A stretch of 64,000 nt of DNA from Anaeramoeba ignava BMAN (lineage: Eukaryota > Protista > Anaeramoebae), in contig JAPDFW010000054.1 of NCBI GenBank assembly GCA_028826165.1, positions 605,526 through 669,525 on the forward strand. Direction: 5' to 3'. This document shows, piece by piece, positions 23,212 through 37,077 of the stretch (positions within the stretch are counted from its first letter, which is position 1; each line of letters starts with the position of its first letter). The notes beneath the pieces were generated by a model, which searched no databases, had not been told where the DNA came from, and saw nothing but the letters and a program-made list of their open reading frames with translations. The translations under genes and the position numbers were made by a program.

Positions 23212-25167
23212 ATGATCCATAATAAAGAATCAATTCCATGTATTATTGGGTCTGTTTTAGGGATGTTTGGAGCTTTAGTTTACAGTTTTGTTTATTTATG
23301 GATTCCATCAATAAGAAATTTTCCAAGAAAGTTAATATTATTTTTATCAATTTATGATTTTTTAGCAGGTGCTTCATATATTCTTCCAGGACACGTAAAC
23401 TCATCATTTTGCAAATTTCAAACACTTTTAATTGCATATTTTATTACTTCTCCAAGTTATTGGTGTTTCGTTATTTCTATTATTTCTTTGAGGAGGTTAA
23501 ATGGTGTTGATTACTCAACTGCTAAAAAACACTTAAAGTTAATTCATCTTGGAATGCATGTTATTTCAATTACTTTGGCTCTTTTTTTCTTTTTTTTATC
23601 AAAAGCTGAAGTTAGAAATACTCATTGGTAATTTTCTTTTTTATTTTTGTTTTGCTTTTTTTGTTTAATTTTTTGGATCAAATTTAGATTTAATTTTAAT
23701 TTGAATTTTGCTTATTCATTTTGCCATTTTTTGAACCAATTTCATTTGACTTCCATTGAATATTAAATAATCAATTTAAATATTAAATTGATTTAAATAT
23801 TAAATATTAAATAACTGATTAAATAATTAAATATTAAATTGATTTAAATATTTGATTTAAATAATTGATTTAAATATTAAATAATTGATTTAAATAATTA
23901 AATATTAAATAATTAATTTAAATATTTGAATATTAAATAATTGAATATTAAATAATTAATTTAAATAATTAAATATTAAATATTAAATAATTGATTTAAA
24001 TATTAAATATTAAATAATTGATTTAAATATTAAATAATTTAAAATAAAAATAATAAATTGAATATTAAATAATTTATTTAAATATTTGATTTAAATATTG
24101 AATATTAAATAATCAATTTAAATATTAAATAATTGATTTAAATAATTGATTTAAATAATTAAATATTAAATAATTAATTTAAATATTTGAATATTAAATA
24201 ATTGAATATTAAATAATTGAATATTAAATATTAAATTGATTTAAATATTGAATATTAAATAATTGATTTAAATAATTGATTTAAATATTAAATAATTGAT
24301 TTAAATATTGAATATTAAATAATTGAATATTAAATAATTGATTTAAATATTAAATAATTGATTTAAATATTAAATATTAAATAATTGATTTAAATAATTG
24401 ATTTAAATAATTGATTTAAATATTAAATAATTGATTTAAATAATTTAAATAATTAATTTAAATATTTGATTTAAATATTTGATTTAAATATAAAAAGGTG
24501 TTGGATTACAGAAATTCATCTTGAAGTTATCGTTTATACAACATACTGGGCATTATTAGTAGGATGCTTAGCAATCTATATTATAATTATGGTTATGATA
24601 GAAAAAAGAAGAAGAAAAGGAGAAGCATTTGAATCATCAATTCGAAGATTTCAAATCAAAATGTTTTTCATACCAATTCTTTATATTTTCACAGCATTTT
24701 GGAGTTCATGGAAAAGATTAAGAGAAATGATTGAACATAAACCACGAGATGAAGATTGGCTTGATATAACTCAAGCTTTATTTCTTCCAACTGAAGGTTT
24801 TTGGGACTTTATTCTTTTTATTGTTTTTGATCGTGAAATTCGTCGAGCAATTAGAGAAAAATTTAGAAATAACCGTTGTTGTTCAAATTCTATTGAAATG
24901 TCAAAAAATGATTTGCAAACAGGTTTATTGCTTAGTGGAGATGATTTTTATGATTTGGATTCTGAAAAAAAAGATCCTATTACTCAAGAGTTAAATGAAC
25001 AAAATTTTGACCAGTTAAAAAAATCAAATCCAAAAAATATTGAGCAACCAAAAAAACCTAAAAAAAAATATACAAAAAAATCTAAAAAAAAACATTCTGA
25101 TAGTGATTCAGTTTCAAGTTGTGATGATATTATAGAACCTCATCAAATTACTCACGATGATTTGTGA
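23212..25167 (+). CDS. 7TM GPCR, cAMP-receptor (CAR/GCR1)-like; 2 exons
   Basis: RKLILFLSIYDFL, FCKFQ and S.YW motifs; intron 23628-24497 restores HWCWI; TM7 PTEGFWDFILF. Confidence 0.85.
23760..24490. repeat. Intronic array (TTAAATAATTGA/TTAAATA)n
   Basis: Fills the GPCR intron. Confidence 0.9.
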
Positions 25168-25435
25168 ATTTGTTCTTTTTTCTTTTTTTTTTTTTTAAAT
25201 GATAAGAAAATTCGATCTGCAAATTTTTTTTTTTTTTTTTTGCTTTTTTTTTTTTGTTCCACTTTTTGTTCCACTTTTTGTTTTGTTTTTATTTTAATTC
25301 ATTTTAGTTAATTTGATAAAAAAATTTATTTGCGGATCTTTTTTTTTTAAAAAGAAAAAAAAATTTTAATTTAATTTTTTTTCATTTTTTTTCTTTTTCA
25401 AATAAAATTTAAATAAAATAAAATTAAATAAAAAA

Positions 25436-28400
25436 ATGTTAAATTTCAGATTAATTTTAAATTTTTCAACTCCAATGAAAAGAGAAACAACACTTAGAAC
25501 ATTAGAAACTGAACAAAGTAAATTTTCTGAAAACAAAAACAACAAAAACGGAAAAAAAATAAATTCAAAATTTCAAATATTTTTTTAAATATAAAATATA
25601 ACAGAAGATAATTTACTTTCAATGAAGAAAAAAGAAAATTCACAAATTACAGAACAATTTTTTTTCATTGGACAAGAATCAAATAATAAACTTCTTATAC
25701 TTAGATATATTCAAGACGATGTAATCTTATAATTTATAATAAAAGAATAGTATTTTTTTATCAAGAATAAAAATTTATGTTGTTAAAATTATAAAGGAAT
25801 CATCGCCAACAACGATCATTGATTTAGTTGATTTAACTACAAAAACAAGAAAAACTTTGTTCTCAAAAAAGCCTATAATGAGTATAGTCGGTGCTTCTTT
25901 GAGTATCGACTCTTCATTTCTATGTTAGTTATTCTTATTTATTTGGAATGATCCAAATTCTTTTATTTTTTTGATTTGGTTTCATTTAAATTTAAAAAAA
26001 ATTTTTTTTAAAAAAAAAAATAATCTGAAACAGTAATTACGATGAAATTTACACATCAAATTAAACATTCAAAACAAATTTTACTCGATAAACCAAGTAA
26101 AAAAAAAACCAATTTAAAATTAAAATAAAAACTAACAAAAAAAATTTAATTAATAAATTTATTTAATTTTTTAATCAAAATCAAAAAAGAATATCAAATA
26201 TTTTTGGTTGAATTAAAAAATAATTCACAATTTAGAGAAATTACAAAACTTAGTTATCAATATCAAAGAGCATTTGTAAACAAAATAAATTTTATTTAAT
26301 TTTAATTTCAAAATGAATTTTAATTTTAATTTTAATTTTAATTTTAATTATTTTTAAAGTTCATTTCAAAAAAAGATGAATCAAAAAAACAAACAATTCT
26401 TGTTATAATTGATCAAAAAATTGTTCAAGTTATTCAAATTGGAATGAAATCAGAAACCAAAAAAGGAAACAATATTGTAAATCAATGAAAAAAACAAAAT
26501 TTTTAAATCAATTAAAGAAAATTTTAAATCAATTAATTTTTTTTTAATAGAAATTAATTACAAAAATTAAAAATACTGAAACAATTTGTGAAGAGTTTTT
26601 GTGGTATCAATGGAATCCACAACATGAACAGCTCTTCTTATTGAAACAAGGAAAATCTGCTGATAAAAATGAGTTGATTTGCTACTCATTTCATCATAAA
26701 CAAACAAAAGTTATTTTAACAACAGAGTTTGAAATAATTGAAAATAATATTGAAAGCAAAATGAATAAATTTGATTATTTCCACGACAATAACATGCATG
26801 GACTTTATCCACCAAGTTTAAGTTTCCAATTTTATATTGCCAAAATATCACGAGTAAAAGAAATTTTACAAAAAAATTTTTTATCCGAAAAAAAAATTAA
26901 TTGAAAAATTTATTGAAAAATTTTTTTAAAAGGGAAATTTTTGTTTATGTAGACAACAAATTACTACTCAAGACCAAAAAAAGTTTCTTCAGATTTCTAT
27001 TTGGATTCTTTATAGAAGAGAACGTATCGATGTTTCTATTCCAATTAAAGATGTTTCAAAGGCAGAAAATGCTCATGTTATTTTTAGTTCAATTTATGAG
27101 CTTTTAATTATTTATGTTCCTGGTATGTGTTTAGAGTTTTTTGATTGCACAATTCTTCATGATCCAATTAAACCTGTTCATTTTGAAGGTAATTGAAAAA
27201 ATTGGAATCTATTTAAAAATCAAATTAAATTCAAAATTTAAATTCAAAAAAATTTTTTTCCGATTTTGTTTTTTAAAAAAAAAGAAGAAGAATATGTTAC
27301 TTCTTTTTTTGATTCTGCTTCATATTTATGTCCAATAGAATTACACAAAAAAAAAACTTATATTCCTAATGGTATTTAAAATTAAAAAAAAACGAAAAAA
27401 AAAAGACTTTTTTTTGATTTAAATTTATTTCTAAAACATTTTTTTTCAAAAAGAAAATTTTGTGATTAACAACTTAAATGGAAAGTTGTATTCTTTTAAT
27501 ATTGCACTTGGAGTTTTAAAGCATGTTTTTTTACAGAGGAATTCAGAATTATCATCTTTTATTGCTCATATATGCTTTACACATTTCAATAATCCCAAAT
27601 TTGCTGATGCTTTGTTTGATCTCATTTGTAAAGCTGAACCTACTTGTATAACACCCAAATTGGTTCAGGAATATTTAATAGCTTCTACTTTTCAAATATT
27701 GTTTATCAAGCAAAATATGCCTTCAAAGCTCATAGAACATAGAAAATTATTTTTATCAACAATTCCAATGACACAATCAAAACCTTTTAAAAATTCACTT
27801 GTAAATTTTATTGAATTGAATATTTAATATTTTATTTCAAATATTTAAATTATTTAAATTATTTTATTTAAAATATTTAAATTATTTCAATTATTTCAAT
27901 TATTTCAAATATTTATTTATTTAATATTTAATATTTATTTATTTAATATTTAATATTTATTTATTTAAATTATTTAAATTATTTAAATTATTTATTTTTT
28001 TAAATAGACTTTTATTTCCCAAGAAAATTGCGCAAAAGATATTCAAATACAAACACATAATTTTCAAGATAAAAACCCAATTTCATATGTAAATTATCAA
28101 AGAATAGATTTTTCAAAACTTTTAGAAGAATTAACAAAAAATGAAATTCAAAAAGAATTTCCAGAAGAAGAAAATGAAATTGATGAAGAAAGAACACAAA
28201 CTGCAGGAATTTTTTCTGCATCACAATTAAAACAAATATTTAAGAATAGATTTTTAGAAAGCATAGAAAAAACAACAAAAAACAAAAAGCAAATTGCTGA
28301 AGAATTAACAACTTTATATTATAAAACAATTTCAATGCAAATTGAAAAAATATTTCATTTTGTTGTTGTTAATTTGATTCAAGAATTTAGTAATCTTGTT

Positions 28401-29210
28401 ATTACTCCTTCAGAAAATAAAATGTTGCAATTTTCTTCTCGAAGAAATCAAGATATTAATTCAAAAATTAATTCAGAATGTCAAAATCAAGATTTAAAAA
28501 ATACTATTCTTGCTCAACTTCGTCTTAAACAAAGACAAGTTTTTGATGTTTTGGAAAAATTTTATATGGCTCTTGAAGAATTTAGTCTTCCTTTTCCTAA
28601 TCATTTTCATTATTATTTTTGTAGATTAGGTTTTTCTTGTCTTCCAAGAGAGTAAAAATTTTAATATGAATTTTAATTTTAAAATGAATTTTAATTTAAA
28701 TTTTATAAATGAATTTTTAGATTGTTTCTTCAACATTTGGATAGAAATATTTTTAGAGTTGATAGTGGTTTCATTTCTGATTTAATCAAACCAAAAAGAA
28801 AAAATGATACTGAATTATTAAATTCTACAGTTGAAAAATTACAAAAAACTGAAGACATTATAAAAATTTTAATTAAATATAAAGATTCACAAAATATTAG
28901 AAATCTTATTGAATTTTATTCACGTGAAATTTCTCATGATTATATTTCTTTAATAGAATCACAAAATCATAAATTATCAAATTCAGATCTTTTTCATCTT
29001 CAAACAGAAAAAATAGAAGATATTGAATTTTCTCCTTTAGAAATTGCAATTGAAAGAATTGAAAAAATTAATAATGAAAATTTATTTTCTCCAATTATTT
29101 TTATTTCTGAAAATTATAAACAAAGTTATGATTTTCATGTTGGTTTTTTGGAAAATGAAATGAATAATCAAAATAATCAACAAAATGAATTTAACAATCA
29201 AGATTTGTGA
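25436..29210 (+). CDS. GSAP: GSAP/pigeon-like protein; about 12 exons
   Basis: 11 GT-AG introns give a continuous frame; FLWYQWN, GNFCLC and LPFPNHFH..LGFSCLPRELFLQHLDRNIF resemble the gamma-secretase-activating protein family. Confidence 0.7.
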
Positions 29211-29338
29211 ATTGATTATTATTATTATAATTATAATTATAATTATTATTTCTTTTTTTTTTAGTTTTTTTTATCAAAATCTTATAATTTAATTTTCAAT
29301 AAAAGAATTCAAACAATTTTAAAAATTTTTCAATTTAT

Positions 29339-31465
29339 CTAAATATTTTCTTTTTTTCTTTTTTCAAGAAGATAAGATAAATAAGAATTCAAATTTAATT
29401 GATAAAAACTTGCAAAATCATCCATTTCTTCTAAAATTTCTTTAGATAATGTTTGATCCAATTTATCTAAATATAAAAATTTAACAAAAGCTTGAATTGC
29501 TTGAATAGATTTTTCAGAATAATCATGAACTGAATTTGAATCATCTTTAACATGCAAAAACATTCCTCTAAAAAGATTAGTTCTTGTAAATAAAATCATT
29601 TTGTGAACTGGGATTTTTTGGTCTTGAACAATAAGTATAAAATCTTTTGATAAATCATCTAAATATAAATTATATAAATCCTTAACAAGTCCTTTTTTTC
29701 CTTTCTTTTTAAGAAACCATTGCTTATCAAGTGATAATTTAGATAAAATGAACAAAATATCGTTGATCCACAAATCCCAAGAAGAATAATCAACTTCTCC
29801 TGAATAAAGAAATTTCAAGAAATGAATAACACATTCTCTTGTTAATCCTCGACAATGAGTCAAAAATTTCGCTACAATTCCTTTGTTCTTATTTTCTTCA
29901 AATCTTAAATTTAAAATAAAGGAATGGCACTTAATCTTTCCATCTATACAATCAATTTCAATATCTGTGAGTTCTTCTTTTTTTAATAATTTTTGGAAAT
30001 CTTCAATAATTGATAAATAAGAACAAGCATGATTTTTGATTTCTGGGAAATTTGTAAAATCCTAAACAAATTAAACAAGGAAGAAAATTTTAATTTGATT
30101 TGGAAAAGATTAAATATAAATATAAATATAAATATAAATATAAATCAAACACACTTTGGAAAATCCATATTTGAAAAATTTAGGCAATAATAAACAATTT
30201 TCCAGCTTTGTTTGGTAATAAAATAGAGGTTCTTTGTTGTAAATATCTTTTATATTTATATTCATTGTTTTTTTCAATAAATATTTAATAACAAAATCTC
30301 TTTTTGAAGAAGAACATTCAAAATATAGAGGAGTTTGGTTTAAAGAGTTTTTGAGATCAAGATCTGCACCAGAATCAACAAGAAATTTTATAATATCAAA
30401 AGATTTCCCATATTTGCAAGCCTCTATTAAAGGAGTTGAATAAGAATTATCAAGAGCATTTACAAAGGCTCCGTTTTGAATAAGAAACTTGATAATATCT
30501 GTATTTTTTTGGTGAATACAAGCATAATGTAAAGATGTGATTTTATTTTTGTTTTTCTTGTTAATTTCTGCTCCATTTTCCACAAGAAATTTGATGCAAT
30601 CAATATTCATTCCTGAAATACATGCAGAATGAAGGGGTGTTCCATTACCCAAACTATTTATATTGATGACTTCTTTAGCATAAACTTCCTTAACAACTTC
30701 AAGTGATGATTGAGTATTACAAACAAAATGAAGAGCTGAATCATGGTGACTGTCCATTATTTTGCAATTAGCTCCACTTGATTTAAGCAATTTAATAGCT
30801 TCCAAATTGGGATTTTTTGAACATAATAATAAAAGTGGTGTTTTGGATAAATTATTTTTAGCATTAATTTGCCTTTTGTTCTTCGATTTTTGAAGTATGT
30901 ATTTGAGAATTTTGATATTGTGATAATTCTGACAAACATAATGCAAACATGAATACAAAAAGATATCCTGTTGAAAAGGATCCAATTTATTTTTAAATAG
31001 ATATCTGATAACTTTGAGTGATGCATTGCCTTCACAAGCAAGATGAAGACAAGAGGACATATTTTTATTCAGTAATGTCGGATTAGCACCTTGTGATATT
31101 AAGTATTTTATGAGCAGATATCTTGGTTTTGTTGAGCAAAGATAATGTAATGGTGTTGATTTATATCCATCTTGCGCATTAATATCCTTTGTGTTTTCCA
31201 CTAATAAATTTAAAATTTTCAAATTTATTTCTTTGTTTTGACATGCAATATGAAGTGGTGTTTGGTTCAAATTGTTTTTATGATCTAAACTTGTTCCTAA
31301 AGTGATTAAAATTTGAATGGCATTTATAAATTTGATGTTTTTTCTACAAAGAAAATGAAGTGCATTTTCATTGGATTTATCTGTATAATTAGGTTCAAAA
31401 TTTATATTATGAACAAATTCCATGAAGGTATTAAAGCTATTATATTGTAAAAAATGGAAATTCAT
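29339..31465 (-). CDS. Ankyrin-repeat plus tandem BTB/POZ protein; 2 exons
   Basis: Multiple TPLHxAC repeats; intron 30154-30062; BTB signatures IPVHKMIL..R..LFRGMF and FLYSG/FLYLD. Confidence 0.9.
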
Positions 31466-31554
31466 TTTGAATTTGAAAAAATGAATTTTTAAAAAAAAAA
31501 TAAATTAAAATTTTTTTTTTCATTTTTCATTTTTCATTTTTCTCTTTTTTGAAA

Positions 31555-33879
31555 ATGTCACAATTATTTCCTGTTACATTTCGTTATCTTGGAGAAGCAA
31601 CAAGTGCATTTTTATATCTTTCGATTGATCAAGTAAGCAAAATTCTCAAATTAATTTTTTAATTAAATTTTTATTTAAATTTTTTATTTAATTTTTTATT
31701 TAATTTTTTAATTAAATTTTTTATTTAAATTTTTAAGTGGCAAAAACCACATGAAATGAAAAAAACAGAAAATGGATTTGAAGTTTCTTTAAATTTACCA
31801 GCAGGAAAATTTTATTATCGATTTGCTGTCAAACAAAATAATAAAATTTTTTGGGTTGTTGATTCAGAAGCTCCAAAAGAAAAAAATAATAAAATTTTTT
31901 TTTTGTTGATTCAAAAGAAATCTTAAAAAGAAAAATCTCAATTTTGATAAATTCAATCTTTTATTCAAATGTTAGAAAGTGGAAAAGAAGAAAATTCTTT
32001 AAAAAAAATTCTTGAAAATGATTAAAATTCTGATAATCTTAATTCTCAAGAAAATTTATCTCAATCTCAATTAAAAGATAAACTTCAATCTTTATCAATT
32101 CCTCAATATCATGAATTTTTAGAAAGTGGAAAAGAAGAAAATTCTTTAAAAAAGCATTCAATTCTTCGTATAAATTCATATTTAAATTAAAATCAAATTA
32201 AATTAAAAATTAAATTAAATCAAATAAATACAAATTAAATTAAAAAATTAAATACAAATTAAATCAAATTAAATTAAATAAATCAAATTTAAAAATCAAA
32301 TACAAAAATTAAAATCCAAAATTCAAATCAAATTAAATCAAATCAAAATAAACAAATCAAAATAAACAAATCAAATTACAAATCAAATCAAATCAAATCA
32401 AATCAAATCAAATCAAATTAAATTAAATCAAATCAAATCAAATACAAAAAATTAAATCAAATCAAATCAAATACACAATTAAATCAAATTAAATAAATAC
32501 AAATCAAATTAAACAAATCAAATCAAATAAATCAAATTAAATACAAATCAAATTTAAATCAAATTAAATACAAATTAAATTAAATACAAATTTAAATCAA
32601 ATTAAAATTACAAATTCAAATTACAAAAATAAACAAATCAAATCAAATTTAAATCAAATTAAATTAAATTACAAATTAAATTAAAAAATTAAATTAAATC
32701 AAATTAAATCAAATTAAATTCAAATTAAATACAAATTAAAAATTTAAATCAAATAAATCAAATTAAATCAAATTAAATCAAATTAAATTAAATACCAAAT
32801 TAAAATTAAATCAAAAATCAAATCAAAATTTAAATAAAAAATACAAACAAATTAAAATCAAATTAAAATCAAATTAAATACAAATCAATTTTAAATCAAA
32901 TTAAAATTAAATTAAATACAAATCAAACAAATCAAATCAAATCAAAAATTTAAATTTAATTTAAATCAAAAAATACAAATAAAATCAAATCAAAAAATAC
33001 AAATTAAAATCCCCAATTTAAATCAAAATACAAATCAAATAAAATTAAATTAAATACAAATCAAATTCGGGAGGGCCAAATCAAATCAAATTAAATTAAA
33101 ATAAAATTAAAATTAAATTAAAATTAAATTAAAATTAAAATCAAAATCAAAATCAAAATTTAAAATTAAAATTGAAGGTGTTGATTTCTTAATAGATTTT
33201 AAAATACTTCCAAGATTTAAAAAAAAACTAAACTATCAAGACAAAATACTATTAGCATATGAAGCAGCAGTTGTCTTAATGCACAAACCAACAATATCTA
33301 GTGAAACACTTTATTTAATTTGTCGAAATTATGAAATCTTAAAAACATTCACAATCAATGAAAGAAAAACGAAAAGAAACGAAAAATTTTTCAATCAAAT
33401 TTTTCAAATCGAATCAAAACTTGAAACTTCAGGAGAAGATTTAGTTCAAACATTAGAAACCAGACTTGAAAATTTCCCTGGATTTTGTTGGTTGATTCAA
33501 ACTGAAGGAATATATAAAAAAAACTCAAAAAAAGAGCAAAAATGTTTATTACTTTATATTCCACATTCAAATCCAATTAAAAATGAAAAAAAAGTTGTTT
33601 TATTTCATCCTGATGGTGTTATTCATACAAATAGCGGACCAAGTTTCTCTATTTTTGATACTAATAGTACTCTTCAGAACTTAAAAAGAGAACTATCAAG
33701 TTATACTCTTTTAAGTTTGACAGTTTTATCTTTTAAAATCCAAAAATCATTTAGAGAAGAAATCCCAAAAGAAAATTTAAAAGATAATGAAAAAGAAAAG
33801 GGAAAAATGAAGGAAAAAATGAAGGAAAAAATGAAGGAAGAAAAGGAAAAGGAAAAAGAAAAAGAAAAAGAAAAAGAAA

Positions 33880-33911
<32 letters not shown>

Positions 33912-34457
33912 GATAAAAAAAGGAAAAAAGAAAGTGATTCAACTGATTCTGATGATGATTCTGATGATGATTCAAGTGATTCAAGTGAAAAATCAAGTGA
34001 TTCAAGTGAAAATCAAGTGAAAAATCAAGTGATTCAACTGATGATGATTCTGATGATGATGATTCAAGTGATTCAACTGATTCTGATGATGATTCTGATG
34101 ATGATTCAAGTGATTCAACTGATTCAACTGATTCTGATGATGATTCTGATGATGATTCAAGTGATTCAAGTGATTCTGATGATGATTCAAGTGATTCAAG
34201 TGATTCAAGTGATTCAAGTGATGAAAATCAAAAAAAAACTCCAAAGAAAAAACTCAAAACTTCAAAAAAGAAAGAGAAAATTAATGATTCAGGTAAATTT
34301 TATTCCTCTTTTTTTTTTCTTCATCTTTTTAAATTTTTTTAATTATTTATTTTTATTAGAAACTCCAAAACCTTCAGAAACTAAAATAACTGCTTCAAAA
34401 AGAAAAAATTCAAATTCAAAAAAGAAGAAAAGAAGATCACATAAAAAACAAAATTAA
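31555..34457 (+). CDS. Protein with an N-terminal CBM48 (AMPK-beta-like glycogen-binding) domain and charged low-complexity tail; locally garbled
   Basis: VTFRY..DQ|WQKPHEMKKTENGFEVSLNLPAGKFYYRF..WVVD; introns 31633-31737, about 32168-33177 and 34293-34359; frame breaks at 31880-32030 and about 34010. Confidence 0.6.
32185..33170. repeat. Intronic pentamer array (AAATC/AAATT)n
   Basis: Directly visible. Confidence 0.9.
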
Positions 34458-34564
34458 GAAAATTTAAAGCAATTTTAAAAATTAAATTGAATTCCAAAAA
34501 AAAAATTTCCAACAAAAAATTTTTTCATTTTTTTTCTTTCATTTTTTTTTTCAATTAATAAATA

Positions 34565-35728
34565 ATGGAAAATCAAAAAAGAAACCCAATTAAACAAATT
34601 GATGATTTTGAACAAATTTTAGACTTAATCCCAAAAAATTCAATTATTTTTACTGATATTGATGAGACTCTTGTTTGTCCTGAAACTTTTTTTATTTATG
34701 GAATTCCAAAATCAGATTTTTTTATAAATCAAAAAATTAAATCAAATTATAATGAAAAAGAATTTAAATTAATCACTTTAAAAATGGAAGAAATTTATTA
34801 TCAAAAACCGTTAAAATTAATTGAAAAAGAAAAAACTTTAAATATATTCAATCAATTAAAATCTCAATTTCCATTTTTTGGACTTACTGTTAGAGAACTA
34901 AATAATCCTTTATCAATTTCTTTATTAACAAATTTGAAAGAAATTGGAATTAATTTTTTAAATCAAAATCAAAATGAAAATGAAAATGAAAATCAAAATC
35001 AAAATCAAAATCAAAATCAAAATCAAAATCAAAATCAAAATCAAAATCAAAATTTAAATCAAAATCAAAATCAAAATCAAAATCAAAATCAAAATCAAAT
35101 CGAAAATGAAAATCAAAATCAAAATCAAAATCAAAATGAAAATCAAAATCAAAATTTAAATCAAAATGAAAATCAAAATGAAAATCAAAATCAAAATCAA
35201 AATGAAATTGAAAATGAAAATCAAAATCAAAATCAAAATCAAAATCAAAATCAAAATCAAAATCAAAATCAAAATCAAAATCAAAATTTAAATGAAAATC
35301 AAAATGAAAATTTAAATCAAAATCAAAATCAAAATGAAAATCAAAATCAAAATTTAAATCAAAATCAAAATCAAAATCAAAATCAAAATTTAAATGAAAA
35401 ACTTTATTTTAAAGATGGAATTATTTTTTCTAATAATCAAAGTAAAGGAATTACTATTTTAAAATTTCTTCAATACTTTCAAAATGATCTTCTTAAAATA
35501 ATATCAAAAAAATTAAATCAAAATTCGAATTGTTCTTTTTATGTTATTTTAATTGATAATTTAATGGAAAATCTTGTTCAAGCAGAAGATGACTTTATTA
35601 AGAATAAATTTAAAAATTATTTTTTGTTTCATTATACTTTTGCTAATAATTTGATTCAAGAAGATAGTTTAATGAAACAATTTATAGAAATTATTCAAGA
35701 ATTAAAAATACCAAATAAAATTAATTAA
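34565..35728 (+). CDS. HAD-superfamily DUF2608-like phosphatase with an internal NQ insertion of about 145 aa
   Basis: Motif I IIFTDIDETL, motif II GLTVR, DGIIFSNNQSKG and motif IV ILIDN. Confidence 0.7.
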   Translation: MENQKRNPIKQIDDFEQILDLIPKNSIIFTDIDETLVCPETFFIYGIPKSDFFINQKIKSNYNEKEFKLITLKMEEIYYQKPLKLIEKEKTLNIFNQLKSQFPFFGLTVRELNNPLSISLLTNLKEIGINFLNQNQNENENENQNQNQNQNQNQNQNQNQNQNLNQNQNQNQNQNQNQIENENQNQNQNQNENQNQNLNQNENQNENQNQNQNEIENENQNQNQNQNQNQNQNQNQNQNQNLNENQNENLNQNQNQNENQNQNLNQNQNQNQNQNLNEKLYFKDGIIFSNNQSKGITILKFLQYFQNDLLKIISKKLNQNSNCSFYVILIDNLMENLVQAEDDFIKNKFKNYFLFHYTFANNLIQEDSLMKQFIEIIQELKIPNKIN

Positions 35729-35931
35729 AAGTAAATTTAAAATTTAAAATTTATAATTAAAATTAAAATTAAAATTAAAATCAAAATAAAATTTATAATT
35801 AAAATTAAAATTAAAATTAAAATTAAAATCAAAATTAAAATTAAATTTTAAAATTAAAATTAAAATTAAAATTAAAATTAAAATTAAAATTTGTGTTTGT
35901 TTTTTGGTCTTATTCTTTTTATTTTTATTAT

Positions 35932-36759
35932 TTAATTATTAGCAAAAATTCTAGAAGAAATATCATCAACAATCCAATCAATTCCTTCCAAAAGACCTAA
36001 ACCATTATAAGCACTACAACCAATAATTTCACAATGTCTACCATTAATTTTATGAATTTTCAAGAGTTTTGCAATTTCCAATTTAGATAAAGATCCATCA
36101 ATATCTTGTTTATTAGCAAAAATTAATAAAGAAGCTCCAGCTAATTTTTCTTCAACAAGAAGTTTTTTCAATTCTTTTCTGCAGTCTTTTATTCTTCTTT
36201 TATCAGCACTATCAACAACCCATATTAATCCATCTGTTTTTTCATAATAATTTTTCCAATATGAACGAAGTGTTTTTTGTCCTCCAACATCCCAAAATAC
36301 TAATTTGTAATCTTTGTGCTCAATTGTTTCAATATTAAATCCTAATGTTGGTGATATTGTTGATATGTCTTCTCCAAGAAATTTTTTGATAATTGTTGTT
36401 TTTCCTGCATTATCAAGTCCTCTTTATAATTTTAAATTTAATTATAAATTTAATTTTAATTTTAAATTTAATTTTGATTTTAAATATAATTTTGATTTTA
36501 ATTTTGATTTTAATTTTGATTTTTATTTTAATTTTAATTTTAATTTTATAAATGAATTTTAATTTAATTTTAATTTTAATTTTAATTTTAAATTTAATTT
36601 TAAATTTAATTTTAATTTTAATTTTAATTTTAATTTTAATTTTAATTTTAATTTTAATTTTAATTTTAATTTTGTATTTTAATTTTGTATTTACAACATT
36701 AATAATCTCATTTCTTTTTCTTTTTCTTTAATTTTTCTAACTATTGTAAGTAATCCCAT
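35932..36759 (-). CDS. ARL2: ADP-ribosylation factor-like 2 GTPase; 2 exons
   Basis: [22 protein letters not shown]|[27 protein letters not shown]; intron 36694-36422. Confidence 0.96.
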
Positions 36760-37077
36760 AATAAAAAAAAAATGAAAAAATGAAAAAATGAAAAAATGAA
36801 AAAATGAAAAAAATTTTATTAAATTTTTCTTGTAAAAGTCAAATTTAAAAATATTTTCATTTCTTTGAATTAATTTTTTTAATTTAATTGTCAATTTCAT
36901 GTCAAAGTCAAATTTTCAATTTAAATTTTCAATTTTTTAATTTTGAATTTTTAAATTTTGAAGTTAAATTTTTTGGATTCATTTTTTTTTTTAGATTTAA
37001 TTTAGATTTAAGAAATCGGAATTAAAAATTTCTTGTTAAAAGAGAAAGAGAAAGAAACAAATTCTACTGATAAAAAA

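Noticed and set aside
33068-33077. Isolated CGGGAGGGCC inside an AAATC array
   Set aside because: Single 10-bp occurrence in an error-prone repeat; likely noise
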